DNA of 56,726 nucleotides, the filler included, from Platydemus manokwari (lineage: Eukaryota): assembly GCA_037951405.1 (NCBI GenBank). It is 5 parts of 5 records of this genome, joined end to end, with 100 filler letters (N's around TTAATTAATTAA, not from the genome) between each part and the next. Parts side by side here need not be neighbours in the genome. Positions count along the whole stretch, not along the records: positions 47,467 to 56,726 come from JBBMOY011275984.1; 4 more parts are not named here. One strand, 5' to 3'. The position numbers were made by a program, and so were the translations under genes. Of the stretch, positions 53,060 through 56,726 are shown in pieces. The first letter of the stretch is position 1. The number at the start of each line of letters is the position of its first letter. A model generated the notes under the pieces. That model saw only the letters and a list, made by a program, of their open reading frames with translations, was not told where the DNA came from and did no database searches.

Positions 53060-53430
53060 TTATTTTTACCGACATGGAGTTTTTATTGCCGGTTGTAGAA
53101 GTAGTCAAGAGGGAAGAGAAGTGGATGAAAATTTTGAAATCAATTTGGAAAACTGAAAGACCATCAATAAAGAAAATAGTGAATATTGAGACAATATTCT
53201 GAAATCCTCAGTGTCTTTTTCTGGTAAGCTAAGTTTTTGGAATATTAACCTACCAACGTTATTATAAAAAACTAAATACTTATTAACTGAATCGATAATA
53301 TATGTTGATGTCGAATTTTTTCTTCGCAAACATTTATGAAAAGGTAAGCCAACAATATACAACACATTTTTTCTGAAACGATGCTTTAAAAAATGATGAA
53401 TTAGAATTGTAAATAATTGAAAACTCATAA
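53060..53430 (+). pseudogene. Possible hAT C-terminal dimerisation-domain relic
   Basis: LSFWNINLPTLL*KTKYLLTESIIYVDVEFFL resembles LxFW....PxLxxxAxxxLxxPxxSxxVERxFS. Confidence 0.3.
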
Positions 53431-55038
53431 GAAAATGTCCTTATCCTTATTAATCAACCCAAATGAAAAAACGAAATTTAGAAAGATATAATTTCAAAAT
53501 AAGTCAAAGAAAGTTATACCCAAATTTTTAAGTTATGGGTATGAATATCAAAATAATAAACATTTTTCAAACTTTTTTTGAATAGTTACCATCTATTTAT
53601 TCGGTGATATTGAACGATTAAAACATAAACTTAAAAATGATTAAAATTTATATATAAAAGACAAATTACTGATGATCTTGCTTGTGTACAGAATTTCAAT
53701 TGAGGAAATTTTATTATTGGTGAATAAATGTCTCTCTAAAGGTAGTCAACACATGATAATATTAAAATAATGCTACATACGTAATCTCATAAAAGAGATT
53801 ACAAAGTTAAGTGATTGTAAAATCAGGTAAAAGTTCGGTTAGTGATGATGTTGTGACTGTATGGAAAATTTGGTAAGAATTTTCACGTTCATCAATTTGA
53901 TATTGGCAGTAATCTGGTGATTGGAGAATAAATCATTTATATTTTCAAAATCATTTCAAAATTTATTTCAAAATAGATGAGAAAAATAAATTATTTTACA
54001 CAATGAAACGATTTTTGCAAGATTTAACTTATGTTTTGAAATTTCCTTATCAATGAAGATTTTAAAAAAATATTTAAAAATTTTGATTTCATTTGATTTT
54101 GTTTTTTTAAGTTAGATGAAAAGCTTTAGTAAATGATGATAAAAACTTTATGAACATTAAATCAAAACGGTTAACTTTCATATTTTTGTAAATTTCTTTG
54201 CATTCAAGAGGACAAGTGATTCGATCAAATTTTAAATTGTATAAAGACGAATATTTTTATTTAATTTAGAAAGTCTTTCCAATGATTCTCTTTCGCTTAG
54301 TTGTAGTATTTCGTATTCCGAACCTCATTAATTAACAAAAATAATTAAGTCACTAAGATAATTAAATGTCGCTAAAGTTAATTTCTTGTTTTAACAGAGA
54401 AACTATGATTTTAATTTCTTGAAGAAAATTTCTTCAAACACGTGTGTGGTATGATGGAAAACATTAGACATAATATTTTAATTTATTAATTCTAAAGCAA
54501 CTCTTAATAAGGAAATTTGCTTTCATTATAATCTAGTATAGGAATATATTCAATGAAACTACATAAAAATAATGGTTGGTAACAATTTTTTTTTCAAATT
54601 TTCCTTTAATTTAGTCATGATTTGTAGCTCAAAGTGCAGTCAATATTTCAGTCGATTGGAATGAAATTTAAGAGGTGTGCTCTTAATAAATGGTCAAAAA
54701 TATTTCTTATTGTAAAAAAAATGATATTGATTTTCTATAACATTTAATTTGTGTTGTTAATTGACATTTTTGTTTTAATGCATACGAATAAGATTTAACT
54801 ATGGAAATTGTTATTTCCTAAAATAATTCACTTGAAAATTATTTTATCATTTTAGTCAAAATGTTATAAAATATAATTATTTTTTTTAATGAAATAAAGA
54901 CATCCATGAGGACTTTATAATAATATTATTATAACATCGGAAAATACAATACAAAGATCTACATGGTAAAATACCAGAATCTAATATCAACAAACCATTT
55001 GTTTATGAAAGACGTTGTTCATCATTCTCACAAGTTAG

Positions 55039-56214
55039 TTACATGACTTGATCTTGCATTTCGGATTGTTTTAATTTATTTGAAAATGTCGTATTAAATA
55101 ACGATTTCTTCAACTGAAAATTATAACAGCCCATTTTCTTCTGGTGTTTATAAATCAAAATCGGCACAAACACTGCAAGAGTTAATATGCAAAGAGAAAT
55201 AACAATTAGCACAATACACAAGCCAACATATGAGGAATTATAATTTTGGGAGCAATTTGAATATTCGAAATATTCGCACACCTTTAAATCGAAAATCTTC
55301 AGTGAATTTTTCCCTTGACATTCAGCAATAAAGTTGTGTTTAATGAGCACTTTTCTGAGACCAGGACAACGAGAATGGCTAATAAGTGGTACCATTGTCA
55401 TATTGTTGAAAAGTAAAGAAATCATTTTCAACTGTTTAGTGCAACTGGGTAAGTTAAATGATTCGATTTTGTTGCGATGTAAATTCAGATTCTGCAACGA
55501 AACCATTTCCAATAATTCCAGATGACTGAGTTCATAAAGTGAATTGCCATTCAAATGCAAAGTCACCAAATTCAATAGGCCACGAAATCCAAAATCTTCA
55601 ATAATAGTCAGTTTATTATTAGATAATTCCAAAACTTTCAATTGTCGTAGATATTTGAATGTATCCGATTTGATCGAATTGATTTTATTATAATTCAATT
55701 TTAGAATTTTTAATTCATTTAAACTAACACGAAATGATTCGCTAATGTCAACTAAATTGTTGAAACTTAAATCAAGAAAATATAATTGTTCGAGCTTGTA
55801 GAGAAAATGTGAAGATAATTTTGTCAAATAACTATTGGACGTAATTATAACATTTCGAACGGTTGGTAAATATTGCAAACTGTAGTCATCGATTACTTGT
55901 AATCGGCTATTTTCAATCTGAAAATCTGTTAAATTTGGAGAAGGAATTTTCAATTTTGTTCCATCAATATATTCGATATCACCAGTTATTGAAAGGAAAT
56001 GAAGAGATCTACACATTGAAAATGTTAAATCATCAGTCAAATTCCAATCGTTTATTTCAACCATAAGTCGACCCCATCTGATGAGACAAATTGAACTTTT
56101 CATCGTAATTATACATTGTCCATCGGTGTTTAAACATTCGCAATTAATAGGGCATAAATTTGATGCTAAACAATAACAGACAGTTAATACGAGTATTGAC
56201 AATCTTAATAACAT
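55039..56214 (-). CDS. Leucine-rich-repeat type-I transmembrane protein, 391 aa, single exon
   Basis: Signal peptide MLLRLSILVLTVCYCLAS, LRRNT cap CPINCEC, repeated LxxLxLxxNxL units (LYFLDLSFNNL, LKILKLNYNKI, LKVLELSNNKL, LVTLHLNGNSL), transmembrane helix VGLCIVLIVISLCILTLAVFVPILIY and a cytoplasmic tail of about 37 aa. Confidence 0.92.
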   Translation of the reverse strand: MLLRLSILVLTVCYCLASNLCPINCECLNTDGQCIITMKSSICLIRWGRLMVEINDWNLTDDLTFSMCRSLHFLSITGDIEYIDGTKLKIPSPNLTDFQIENSRLQVIDDYSLQYLPTVRNVIITSNSYLTKLSSHFLYKLEQLYFLDLSFNNLVDISESFRVSLNELKILKLNYNKINSIKSDTFKYLRQLKVLELSNNKLTIIEDFGFRGLLNLVTLHLNGNSLYELSHLELLEMVSLQNLNLHRNKIESFNLPSCTKQLKMISLLFNNMTMVPLISHSRCPGLRKVLIKHNFIAECQGKNSLKIFDLKVCEYFEYSNCSQNYNSSYVGLCIVLIVISLCILTLAVFVPILIYKHQKKMGCYNFQLKKSLFNTTFSNKLKQSEMQDQVM

Positions 56215-56726
56215 GATTTGCGTGAAATAAAATGATCAACTGATATTAATATTTAATAGCATACAACAACCAATCAAATTCGTTATGGATTTATTGGATT
56301 TTATATGATTGAATTGAATTGATGTATTTTAGATTCTCAAAATTATTTTAATAATTATGACGTTATTATAAAATTTCAATACATTCAATTTTATCAATGA
56401 ATCAAAATTTTGAAATTAATTAAAACTATATGAAAATAAATTATATTTACATATATTTATTGCCATAATAATAATCTGTAGATTTTAAAGTTGCAACCTA
56501 AAGTTAATAAAATTATCAATTATTAATTATTATAAAAAAATAATGAAAATAGTGTTAGAAATTATATTATTTGGTATATCCTGTGAGCCCAAAAATACAA
56601 AAGTAAAACAGATGCAGGCAAAAAGTAAAATAAAATAAGAAAATAAATAATAATGATTAGAAAATTAATGATAAATCCATGAAATAAAATTAATTTACCA
56701 TAAAGATGATATTGGAATTTAAAAAT

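Noticed and set aside
1-56726. Prokaryotic systems (CRISPR arrays, operons, defence islands)
   Set aside because: The window is intron-containing animal DNA; no repeat-spacer array or bacterial gene organisation was seen.

Overview
Strongly AT-rich eukaryotic (metazoan) genomic DNA with short GT-AG introns, assembled from at least five contigs joined by artificial 100-bp N44-TTAATTAATTAA-N44 spacers. A spliced-leader (SL) RNA gene on the minus strand (about 44127-44227) has a 42-nt leader matching the triclad type, so the organism is most likely a freshwater planarian. Well-supported protein genes are a three-exon Nup153 nucleoporin (2846-7281, -), an RNase P/MRP subunit POP4/RPP29 (29859-30509, -) and a single-exon LRR type-I membrane protein (55039-56214, -). 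A spliced exon encoding a death-domain-like fold (34879-35290, +) can be joined in frame, through a 14-nt microexon, to a transmembrane exon. The rest is mostly decayed transposons: a Mos1-like mariner end, DUF4817-type mariner relics, a TIR-bounded non-autonomous mariner, Merlin, hAT and Tc1 relics, two related LTRs and gag-like remnants. Family assignments come from reading motifs by eye and from remembered consensus sequences; no searches were run.
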